A stretch of DNA of 32,248 nucleotides, taken from IMG/VR virus record IMGVR_UViG_3300025528_000026, positions 1-32,248 of that record, one strand, 5' to 3'. The translations under genes were made by a program, and so were the position numbers. Below, piece by piece: positions 7,709-15,253 of the stretch (positions are counted from its first letter, which is position 1; the number at the start of each line of letters is the position of its first letter). The stretch comes from a virus (Duplodnaviria > Caudoviricetes). The notes under the pieces were generated by a model that worked only from the letters and a program-made list of their open reading frames with translations, ran no database searches and had not been told where the DNA came from.

Positions 7709-7725
7709 GTCGGAGGGAGACCGAC
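7709..7725 (+). repeat. Start-associated hairpin repeat, copy 1
   Basis: GTCGG-AGGGAGA-CCGAC directly before ATG 7726. Confidence 0.95.
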
Positions 7726-7962
7726 ATGGACAAGGCTCAGCTCCTCGCGATGCTCGCGGCCACGGTCGAGCGCAACGGCATCGACCTCGACCCCAACGAC
7801 GCCGAGGCCGGCTACTTCGACTGGTCCACCCGCATCGAGGGTGGTCGAGAGTTCGAGATCGGCTGCGACGGTGACGTCGTGACGATCCAGATGACGTGGC
7901 AGCAGATCGCGAGGCTCCAGCAGGCGCTGACGGTGCTGCTGTTGGAGCACGACGGCGAGTGA
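7726..7962 (+). CDS. Hypothetical acidic protein, 78 aa
   Basis: MDKAQLLAML...EHDGE after the repeat SD. Confidence 0.8.
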   Translation: MDKAQLLAMLAATVERNGIDLDPNDAEAGYFDWSTRIEGGREFEIGCDGDVVTIQMTWQQIARLQQALTVLLLEHDGE

Positions 7963-8059
7963 GCCAGCCCGGCGGGCACCTCATCGTGGGCCCGCCGGGC
8001 ACTGGTAGCGGGCATACTGGCCTGCTACCCACGGCCCCGGATGGTCCGGGGTCGACTGA

Positions 8060-8076
8060 GTCGGAGGGAGACCGAC
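8060..8076 (+). repeat. Start-associated hairpin repeat, copy 2
   Basis: Identical 17-mer before ATG 8077. Confidence 0.95.
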
Positions 8077-8331
8077 ATGGACGCCTACCGACGGGCGGCA
8101 CGGCAGTGGCGCGAGGACCGGGAGCACGAGGCCGAGGAGCGCCGCATCCTCGACCTCATCAACGCCGCCCACGAGGCGCGGCGCACCTACGTCGAGAGCG
8201 ACGACGACGCCGACTACGAGGCGTGGCAGGCGATCGAGCGGAAGCTCGATCGCGAGTACGAGCGAGCGAAGCGGGTCGACCCCCGCGCTCGGCGGGCCAC
8301 CACCCAGATGCTCCGCTCGTACTTCTCCTGA
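8077..8331 (+). CDS. Hypothetical charged helical protein, 84 aa
   Basis: MDAYRRAARQW...RSYFS. Confidence 0.8.
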   Translation: MDAYRRAARQWREDREHEAEERRILDLINAAHEARRTYVESDDDADYEAWQAIERKLDREYERAKRVDPRARRATTQMLRSYFS

Positions 8332-8447
8332 CATCCAGGCCCCGGGGCGGGGAGATCGCCCCGGGGCCACCCGCCGAAACCCCCGCCCCCGGGGGTCGCC
8401 CGGAGCACCGGGCCTGATGTGGCACTGCCAGGGTAGCGCCCTGGCCT

Positions 8448-8464
8448 GTCGGAGGGAGACCGAC
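8448..8464 (+). repeat. Start-associated hairpin repeat, copy 3
   Basis: Identical 17-mer before GTG 8465. Confidence 0.95.
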
Positions 8465-8983
8465 GTGAGCAACGACGGTGGTTGGTCCATGCGAGTCACT
8501 GACCTGGAGCAGGTCCCGTGGATGGACCACGAGGATCATCAGATCGGTGTCTCGATCGCCCACGGGATCGCATTTGACCTGCTCCGCCACCAGCGGTGGC
8601 GGCAGGGCAACGGCCAGCCGGTCTACATGGTCTACGGCGGCGAGAGCGTCCGCTACGTGGGCGATGACGCCTATGACCAGGTCCGGTGCTTGTCCGGCAC
8701 CGATGTCATCCGGATCGGCCCGGTCGAGGGCCCGCTCCTGCGCTCGCTGGAGCGGTCGGCCAGGATGGAGTACGAGCTGCTCCCGGACATGTGCGAGTTC
8801 GTATACCGCCGCATGTACCGCGACCGGATGCGTCGGGCGGCCGAGCTGCGTGACGTGCTGGAGGAGGCGATCGGCTCCGGGCTCATCGAGGCCGATGAGT
8901 CGATCAGCCGGGCGGTGGCGCGACTGATGCGTAACGGCTACACCGCCGACACCCTGCGGGCCGAGCTGGCCCCCCTGTCCTGA
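8465..8983 (+). CDS. Hypothetical protein, 172 aa
   Basis: GTG start after the repeat; (M)SNDGGWSMRVTDLEQ...ELAPLS. Confidence 0.8.
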   Translation: MSNDGGWSMRVTDLEQVPWMDHEDHQIGVSIAHGIAFDLLRHQRWRQGNGQPVYMVYGGESVRYVGDDAYDQVRCLSGTDVIRIGPVEGPLLRSLERSARMEYELLPDMCEFVYRRMYRDRMRRAAELRDVLEEAIGSGLIEADESISRAVARLMRNGYTADTLRAELAPLS

Positions 8984-9068
8984 CGCTCCCGGTGGGGGCG
9001 GGACGTTGTGCCCGCCCCACGCCGAGGCCGCCAGGGCCTGACCCGCGCCGCAGGGGCACTGCGGCACT

Positions 9069-9085
9069 GTCGGAGGGAGACCGAC
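9069..9085 (+). repeat. Start-associated hairpin repeat, copy 4
   Basis: Identical 17-mer before ATG 9086. Confidence 0.95.
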
Positions 9086-9568
9086 ATGGCCACGACTGAG
9101 CAGGTAAATGCCGCACTGAACTGGCCGGAGTGGGACGTGAACTCGGCGATCCTGAGGGACCTGTCAGCCTGGCTGACCCCGCAGGTGGCGGAGCACTGCG
9201 AGTGGTCCGCCGACGAGTACGCCGACGAGAAGCACCCGGAAACGGTCGCGGCACGTCAGGCCCGCGTGCTGGAGCGCATCATCACGCCGCAGGTGATCGC
9301 GGCGGCGGTGCAGTACGCCAGGTACCTCACCTTTGAGCGGCCCTACCCGTGCACGCGCGACGAGGCGGCCCGGTACGCGGCTGACGCCGTGGCGCAGATC
9401 ATCGCCGACCAGTGCGGTGTGTACTGGCCGGCCCGCAACGCGCTGCTGGCGGCGGTCGCGCCGCTGCTCGATCCGGAGTGCCTGCCGCAGTGGGAGCGGG
9501 ACCTGATCTACGAGACGGAGACCGCGCGGCGAGCCGGCGCAGCGGCCGATGTCGTCGAGCAGTCCTGA
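9086..9568 (+). CDS. Hypothetical protein, 160 aa
   Basis: MATTEQVNAALNWPEW...VVEQS. Confidence 0.8.
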   Translation: MATTEQVNAALNWPEWDVNSAILRDLSAWLTPQVAEHCEWSADEYADEKHPETVAARQARVLERIITPQVIAAAVQYARYLTFERPYPCTRDEAARYAADAVAQIIADQCGVYWPARNALLAAVAPLLDPECLPQWERDLIYETETARRAGAAADVVEQS

Positions 9569-9669
9569 CGCTCTCGGTCCCCGCGCGATCGCCGAGTACC
9601 TCGCGGCGACCGCATCCTGACCATCTCGACTGGCCCCGCCCCGCTGCCGTCCGGGGCGGGGCACCCCTA

Positions 9670-9715
9670 GGGCGTGATGGTCCTCGCCAGGGTCCGACTC
9701 CCTGGACGCCCACCA
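9670..9715 (+). ncRNA. tRNA-like minihelix (acceptor stem + T-arm + ACCA, no anticodon arm)
   Basis: GGGCGT/ACGCCC stem, CCAGGG-TCCGACT-CCCTGG T-arm-like hairpin, 3' ACCA. Confidence 0.45.
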
Positions 9716-9851
9716 CTCTCTGCCGCGTCGAGCCACGCTCCGCGGCCTTGGTTCCGCTGCACGCTGCCGGCGCGGCGACCCACTGGCATGGCCGGTGGGT
9801 GGCCGGGCCGAGCAGAAGCGCGGACCCCGAGCCGGACGGCATCCGGCCCTA

Positions 9852-9869
9852 CATCGGAGGTACCCGATG
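9852..9869 (+). repeat. Variant start-associated hairpin, copy 5
   Basis: CATCGG-AGGTAC-CCGATG; compensatory stem change, includes ATG 9867. Confidence 0.7.
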
Positions 9870-10448
9870 AACTTCCTCGACGTCCCGTTCCAGGCTCTCG
9901 GCCGTATCGGGCCGCGGCTCATCATGCTCGCGGCCATGGTCACGAGCTACGCGACGCAGTACCACCTGTTCCTGTCGTGGGGCATCGACCGGCTCACGTC
10001 GGCGATCGCCCCGGCGGTGATCGACCTGCTGGCGATCACCTGCGCGGAGATCCTGCACGACCAGCGGGTGACCCGCGGCAGAGGCGCGGCTGGGTTCGTC
10101 CTGGCCCTGGCCGGCCTCGGCTCCATGGCGGCCAACTGGCTCGCCGGGGCCACGCCGGGCGACAAGGCGGTGCACGCGTCGATGGTTCTGGCGTACGTGC
10201 TGGCCGAGTTGGTCGTCGGCCGCGTACGACGGGAGTCTGAACAGCGTGGGGCGGCCCAGCAGGTGGCCGTGACCGAGGTCAAGGCGGACGACGCCCAGGC
10301 CGAGGACCTGCCGACCGCGCCCGTGTCGCCCGCTCCGGCGGGGACGGCGGCGGCGACTACCCGCAAGCGCGGGCCTTACGGGCCGCGCAAGGGCACCGAG
10401 TACAGCGAGCGTCACCGGCGCCGGCTGGCCAAGCAGGCCGCGGCGTGA
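9867..10448 (+). CDS. DUF2637-like multi-TM protein, 193 aa
   Basis: About 4 hydrophobic segments with SY..Q...G....A..P..ID and SMAANW pattern; basic C-terminal tail. Confidence 0.7.
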   Translation: MNFLDVPFQALGRIGPRLIMLAAMVTSYATQYHLFLSWGIDRLTSAIAPAVIDLLAITCAEILHDQRVTRGRGAAGFVLALAGLGSMAANWLAGATPGDKAVHASMVLAYVLAELVVGRVRRESEQRGAAQQVAVTEVKADDAQAEDLPTAPVSPAPAGTAAATTRKRGPYGPRKGTEYSERHRRRLAKQAAA

Positions 10449-10485
10449 GCTGTACCGGCGGTCCGGGTAGTCGCCGGTAGAGACT

Positions 10486-10546
10486 AGAGAGGCCCCCCAG
10501 CCAGGGACACCTACCCGGGTCCCTGGCTGGGGGGCCTCTCTTTTTT
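10486..10546 (+). terminator. Strong intrinsic terminator between convergent modules
   Basis: 23-bp perfect stem AGAGAGGCCCCCCAGCCAGGGAC / GTCCCTGGCTGGGGGGCCTCTCT, 10-nt loop, T-run. Confidence 0.9.
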
Positions 10547-10757
10547 ATGTCCGGATTCGGATGAGTCGCTGTTCGGAAATGTCCGCAGCGGCAAGCGATA
10601 GAGCGCGACGCGGCTACCAGCGGCGAAGCGGACAATATCGATCGCGCGTACTAGAACGTCGGCCATCATCGAACGGCTGGCGCCGAAAGCAATGAGCGCG
10701 CCCTGCCCCTCGCGGGACAGGGCGCGACCCTCGGTGCTGCGGACTAGCATCGCCAGT

Positions 10758-10943
10758 CTACGTCCGGGGTACGACCTCCCCGGCCTGCCACGCCGCGACC
10801 AGCGCGGCCATCTCGTCCGGCGTCAGCTCGGCCACGCCGCCCGGCCGCTCCGACGAGCGGAGCCGGACGACACGCTCCCGCTCCAGGTACTGCCACTCGG
10901 GGCAGGCGTGACTCTCGCATGTGGACGGACGCCGCCAGGTCAT
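10758..10943 (-). CDS. DUF397-like protein
   Basis: WRRPSTC...C.E.....VRLRSS..P.....LT..E..AL......GE pattern; ATGA-coupled to holin. Confidence 0.65.
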   Translation of the reverse strand: MTWRRPSTCESHACPEWQYLERERVVRLRSSERPGGVAELTPDEMAALVAAWQAGEVVPRT

Positions 10944-11140
10944 TGGCCCGACCCCTCATCCTGGTCCGGGGTTACGTTGGCGTGCGCCATGCCGGACACC
11001 ATCGACGTCAGCAGCGACACGACCGCCTGTACCACGTCACCGTGGGCCACCTCCCACGCGCCGTAGGCGAGCAGCAGCAGCGACGCGACGCCATACACCC
11101 ACCTGCGGGCGCGGGCGGGGAGAAGCTGGAAGAATGCCAT
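10940..11140 (-). CDS. Holin, 66 aa
   Basis: ARRWVYGV...LLAYG...AHANV two-TM actinophage holin pattern; GAGGAGG SD; lysis cassette position. Confidence 0.75.
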   Translation of the reverse strand: MAFFQLLPARARRWVYGVASLLLLAYGAWEVAHGDVVQAVVSLLTSMVSGMAHANVTPDQDEGSGQ

Positions 11141-11145
11141 GGGGG

Positions 11146-11433
11146 TCACCCTCCTCTTAGGACAGTCACGATCAGTCCTAGGACGCTGAGCACGATCGCG
11201 ACGGACGGCAGCGGCCATCGATGCTGCTCCAACGACCGGATGCGCGCCTCGTGGTCCTCGACCCGTTCGGCGGTGCGGTCGCCGCGCTCCAGCGCGGTCT
11301 CGACGCGGGTGGTCAGCCGCATCACCGCGTCGTAGATCTCGCGGGCTGAGATAGTCACGGCACCGAGCGGTACATCGTCGGCCGGCGGCGGCTTGGGTCG
11401 GCGGCGAGGCTGCCGCGGCATCTCATCTGCCAT
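11146..11433 (-). CDS. Lysis-cassette membrane protein (coiled coil + C-terminal TM)
   Basis: DHEARIRSLEQ coiled coil then WPLPSVAIVLSVLGLIVTVL; sits between lysin and holin. Confidence 0.75.
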   Translation of the reverse strand: MADEMPRQPRRRPKPPPADDVPLGAVTISAREIYDAVMRLTTRVETALERGDRTAERVEDHEARIRSLEQHRWPLPSVAIVLSVLGLIVTVLRGG

Positions 11434-11439
11434 CTCCGG

Positions 11440-12303
11440 CTACAGCCTCTGCGCCAACTTGTCGGCTACCGCGTCGGCGATCAGCCTGGCGACCAGCGGG
11501 GCTACCTGCTGCGCCAGGCCGTCGAGGTCCACTGTGGCCGGCGGCTGCGGCTCCTGCGGCTCGGCTGGCTGCTGCGGCGGCTGTGGCTTCGGGGCGAACA
11601 GCACCGGCCAGTCGTCGGCGCCGATCGTGCCGTCCACCGGCCGACCAGCGTCGCGCTGCCACGCCTCCACCGCCGCCCTCGTGTTGTCGCCGAACCAGCC
11701 GTCAGGCCCGTCCGGCCCGACGTCGTAGCCGAGCTCGATGAGCCGCTGCTGGATCCTGGCGATGTACGGCCGGTCGGCCGGGTCCTGCCCGCCGTGGTAT
11801 TCGCCGCGGGCGTTCTGGATGTTGTAGTGCCCGGCGACGTGGCCGTAGGGCCACGGGAAGGCGTTGGGGTCCATCGACACTCCGGTCACATACTTCGATC
11901 GGTAGGGGGTCATGCCGGGACGGCTCGACTGGCCGATGCGATACCGGGCGCGGGTGGGGCCCATGCCGCCGCCCTGCTCCAACATCTCGTACCAGCCCTC
12001 GGCTTGGCTGACCTTCACCACGACGCCGACGTGGCCGGCGTTGCCGGCGGTGCCGGGGCCGCCGAGCATCACGAAGTCACCGGCCTGCATCTGCGACCAC
12101 GGGATCGGGTACAGCGTGCCGGTCGTGGCAAGCGTGACCGTGGACAACCCCGGCGGGGCGATGCCGAGCGCCATTGAGGCGAACCCGGAGCAGTCGCGCC
12201 GGTAGCCGTCCGTCCACGTGGCGCTCTGGCTATAGGGGACGCCACCGATCGGCCATCCGGTCTCGGCACGATGGACGATCTCGGCGAGCGTGGTGGCTGG
12301 CAT
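11440..12303 (-). CDS. Endolysin: NlpC/P60-CHAP-like peptidase + peptidoglycan-binding domain, 287 aa
   Basis: PYSQ...DGYRRDCSGFASM (Cys), GHVGV (His), LEQ; IQQRLIELGY..GPDGWFG..T..AV..WQ....VDG.IG..DW PG-binding; GAGAGGAG SD before ATG 12303. Confidence 0.88.
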   Translation of the reverse strand: MPATTLAEIVHRAETGWPIGGVPYSQSATWTDGYRRDCSGFASMALGIAPPGLSTVTLATTGTLYPIPWSQMQAGDFVMLGGPGTAGNAGHVGVVVKVSQAEGWYEMLEQGGGMGPTRARYRIGQSSRPGMTPYRSKYVTGVSMDPNAFPWPYGHVAGHYNIQNARGEYHGGQDPADRPYIARIQQRLIELGYDVGPDGPDGWFGDNTRAAVEAWQRDAGRPVDGTIGADDWPVLFAPKPQPPQQPAEPQEPQPPATVDLDGLAQQVAPLVARLIADAVADKLAQRL

Positions 12304-12332
12304 CGGTGACTCCTCTCGGATAGGTGCGGCCC

Positions 12333-12567
12333 CAGGGCGGCGTTGCCGTAGCCGCGGTGCGGGCCTTTCTGGCCGACGAGCACGTGATAGGCAGAGCCCG
12401 GTCACGCCGACCGTCCACGTGCCCTGTTCCGGGCCCCGGCGGTGGCGTGGCACACGATCCCGCGCAGCGGCCCCCACGACGACGCCCCGCGGGTCTCCCA
12501 ACCCCGGGTAGGTGCGCACCGACAGGCCGGCGGCACGCAGCACGTCGGGCAGCCACATCAGGCGCAT
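12333..12567 (-). pseudogene. Decayed N-acetylmuramoyl-L-alanine amidase endolysin remnant
   Basis: Frame-switched pieces MRLMWLPDVLRAAGLSVRTYPG / WETRGASSWGPLRGIVCHATAG / GTWTVGVTGLC / YHVLVGQKGPHRGYGNAAL; own GGAGG SD. Confidence 0.75.
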
Positions 12568-12575
12568 CAGCCCTC

Positions 12576-13070
12576 CTAGACCGGGCTCATGTAGTCGAAG
12601 CGACAGGCGATCGCGTCCCCGGCGGCCCACACCCAGGGATAGTCGTTGTCCACGAATGCCTGGGTGCCGTCGAGGATGGCCAGGTCGGCGACGGCTACCC
12701 CGCCCGGCCCGCCGCTGACCGTGTTGCGCGTCAGGTAGCCGAGACGGGACGCGTCGGTGTTCGAGTCGTCGCGGATGGTGAACCAGCCCCAGATGTCGGC
12801 CTGCCCGGTCGAACCCGACTCGAACCCGTCAGCGGCGGTCGGCAGGGTCACGCTGTAGGTGCCGGACCCGGCGCTGACACCACTCCCGCCGAAACTTATG
12901 AATATTTCTCCCCATACACGTCCGGTGATGGGGTCCCGCCACCACCGGCCCAGCGCCTCGCCGGTCGAGCCGAGGATCGGGTTGGTGGTCGATGCGAGCA
13001 GCTGCGGCGTGTAGTCGCCGTTATCCACGAAGTGCTCGACCAGGATCGGGTCTCCCGCGCTGATGGTCAC
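12576..13070 (-). CDS. Minor tail / tail-tip protein
   Basis: Beta-rich Gly/Ser/Thr protein at end of tail module; GTGA-coupled. Confidence 0.7.
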   Translation of the reverse strand: MTISAGDPILVEHFVDNGDYTPQLLASTTNPILGSTGEALGRWWRDPITGRVWGEIFISFGGSGVSAGSGTYSVTLPTAADGFESGSTGQADIWGWFTIRDDSNTDASRLGYLTRNTVSGGPGGVAVADLAILDGTQAFVDNDYPWVWAAGDAIACRFDYMSPV

Positions 13071-15253
13071 AGCCCATACCTCCCTCGCGAGTCACGCGCG
13101 ATACGCACCTGCGCCCCGGCCGCGTGGCTCTTGACCACACCGTTCACCGAGCGGACGACGGTCAGCGTCTGGCTCGCGCCGGTCCCGGACACGGCGGTGA
13201 CCGTCATCCGCTCACCGCCGATCTCGATGTCGTACGGGACGGCCGTGCTCGACCACCGCGCATCACCAGCGTTGGTGACATCGACCCCGGTCTCGGTGGT
13301 GTCCAGCGCCTCGGCTGTGACGGTCTGGAGCGTGTCGTAGCGTTTCGTCGCCGAGCCGGCGTCGGCCCCGTAGGTGCCGATGTCGTACGGCCCGTACGGC
13401 TCGGTGACGAGCTCGACGACCCATCTCCGCCGGCCGAGGGTCTCCGTGTATCCCTCGATGAGCATGGACAGGTCGTCGGGGGTGTGCTGCTGGGGCAGGC
13501 CGGTGACGTCGACGCGTGCGCCGAGGACGGTGCCGCCCGGCGGGTCCAGCCAGGACGCCAGCAGGTCCGGGTTGGCGCCGAGGTCGAGCGTCAGCGACGG
13601 GTAGCGGACGCTGTCGTCGGTGCTGACGTGCAGCCGCCACGACGCGTCATTGGTGAGCTGGTCGTCGGATGCCAGGTTGACGGTGACCGAGTCGTTGTAC
13701 CGTCCTCGCTTTGCTTGGTGGTCCGCGTCGATGACGGTGACCTCGGACCCGCCCACGCGCCGCACGGTCCATTCGTTGCGGACCCGCGCGTCGTTGCGCA
13801 CTGGCCGTAGCGGTGCTGGCCGGCCCGTCGCCCGGTAGGTGGACAGGTCCACGGCTATCAGGGGGTCCTGGTTGTAGTGCGCCCGCAGTGGTCGGTAACC
13901 CAGGCCCCAGGTCGAGAGGGTCTCGTACAGTCGGCCTTGGCCGGCCGTCTCGGCGTCACGCAGCACGTCGAGGACCGTCCCGACCGGCTGGGGGCCGAGG
14001 CGGATGTCATCGCTCGGCGCCGGAGACCACGGCGTGTGCGGTATGCCCTCCTCGGCGCAGACGCGGGCTATCCGGTCCGTCGCGGTTTCGCCGATGTAGC
14101 CGGCGGCAGCGTCGCTGACTGTCGCGGCCGGCTCGAGTGCATCTATCCACAGTGCCGCATGGCCGATTACCCCGTTCGCCCTAGAGGTGCTCAGGACCCA
14201 CCGGGGGATGGTCGTCAGTGATGCCGAGGAATCCGTAGCGGATAGGACCAGTTGCCCATCGATGTACGCTGCCACGTCAACGTCTGGCCCGTTCTGCGTG
14301 GCCTCAATCCGGAAATGGTGCGGTTTTCCGTCCCACGGGATTTCGGCAACGTCGCTGGTGTCGGTCGTGAGAGTGCTGTTGAGGCGACGCAGCTCGAGGC
14401 GGAATGGGTCGGTCTGGGCGAGGATGCCGTATGTGTTCTCTACGGGAGCCAGGACCCCGAAATCAATACCTTGGAGCCGCAGGAACATGACGGGGTTCGT
14501 GCCACCCTCATAGCGGAACACCACATCCGCTGCGATGGTGGTGGGAGAGCCTGGAGCCAGGATGCCGCCGTAGAGCAGCATGCTCCCAGTGATGCGCAGG
14601 CCGGAGCCCAACCATGGGGCCAGCTCTGCGCCGGCCCAGTCAGGTGGCTCGTCGACGGTCGATACCTCGAGATGAATCGGTTCCGTCCCTATGAGGGGCC
14701 GCGATTGCAGTGAGGCCAGCGGCTGGCCATAGTCCATAGGCCAGTAGTAGATCGGCAGTCCGCGGCCCATCCTGGCCGCGATCTGCGGATCGAAGAGTCG
14801 GCGGATCGTCGACCGCAGGACCTTGCCCTGCCCCAGCCGGCGCTGGATGCCGCCCAGTGTGACCTTCACCGCCGACGTCGACCTGCCGCCGACCAGCGGC
14901 ACGATCTCGGCCTCGATGCTCACCGCGTACCCACGGAACAGCCCGTACGGCGGGCTCGAGCCCACGCCATCCACGTCCAGGGCGATCGGCACACCGAGAT
15001 CCCAGTGCGGGTAGTACGGCGACGTCGCCAGCAGCGGAGTCAGTGCCCCGTCGTCGTTGTCCAGCCACAGCGTGCACTGGCCAGCCGCCGCCGTGCGCTG
15101 ACCTGGGCTGCGACCCAGCGACAGCGAGATATCCCGGTCCAGCAGTCGGCTGGTGAGATCGACTGGCGCCGGCCAGTTGCTGGGGTCGTCAGTCGGGTCG
15201 GCGCCGAGGTAGGCGTAGACCTTGACCTGCAGGTCGTTGTCGGGGAACGCCAT
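13067..15253 (-). CDS. Minor tail protein with central lectin/LamG-like region
   Basis: Follows tape measure; LDNDDG.LTP..SPYYP, YYWPMD, WDGKPHH, YIDGQLV, GETATDRIARVCAEEGI. Confidence 0.8.
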   Translation of the reverse strand: MAFPDNDLQVKVYAYLGADPTDDPSNWPAPVDLTSRLLDRDISLSLGRSPGQRTAAAGQCTLWLDNDDGALTPLLATSPYYPHWDLGVPIALDVDGVGSSPPYGLFRGYAVSIEAEIVPLVGGRSTSAVKVTLGGIQRRLGQGKVLRSTIRRLFDPQIAARMGRGLPIYYWPMDYGQPLASLQSRPLIGTEPIHLEVSTVDEPPDWAGAELAPWLGSGLRITGSMLLYGGILAPGSPTTIAADVVFRYEGGTNPVMFLRLQGIDFGVLAPVENTYGILAQTDPFRLELRRLNSTLTTDTSDVAEIPWDGKPHHFRIEATQNGPDVDVAAYIDGQLVLSATDSSASLTTIPRWVLSTSRANGVIGHAALWIDALEPAATVSDAAAGYIGETATDRIARVCAEEGIPHTPWSPAPSDDIRLGPQPVGTVLDVLRDAETAGQGRLYETLSTWGLGYRPLRAHYNQDPLIAVDLSTYRATGRPAPLRPVRNDARVRNEWTVRRVGGSEVTVIDADHQAKRGRYNDSVTVNLASDDQLTNDASWRLHVSTDDSVRYPSLTLDLGANPDLLASWLDPPGGTVLGARVDVTGLPQQHTPDDLSMLIEGYTETLGRRRWVVELVTEPYGPYDIGTYGADAGSATKRYDTLQTVTAEALDTTETGVDVTNAGDARWSSTAVPYDIEIGGERMTVTAVSGTGASQTLTVVRSVNGVVKSHAAGAQVRIARDSRGRYGL

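Noticed and set aside
7709-9085. 17-bp repeats as a CRISPR array
   Set aside because: Spacing is 350-620 bp with whole ORFs between copies, the repeats are too short, and no cas genes are present
9670-9715. Canonical tRNA gene
   Set aside because: No D-arm or anticodon arm and the T-loop reads TCCGA; kept only as a tRNA-like element
7963-9866. Classical integron attC cassettes
   Set aside because: No consistent RYYYAAC/GTTRRRY ends seen, and the integrase is short with no evident IntI-specific insertion
10511-10750. 79-aa minus-strand ORF after the DUF397-like gene
   Set aside because: Runs into the terminator stem, has no recognisable motif and a weak start; cannot be supported
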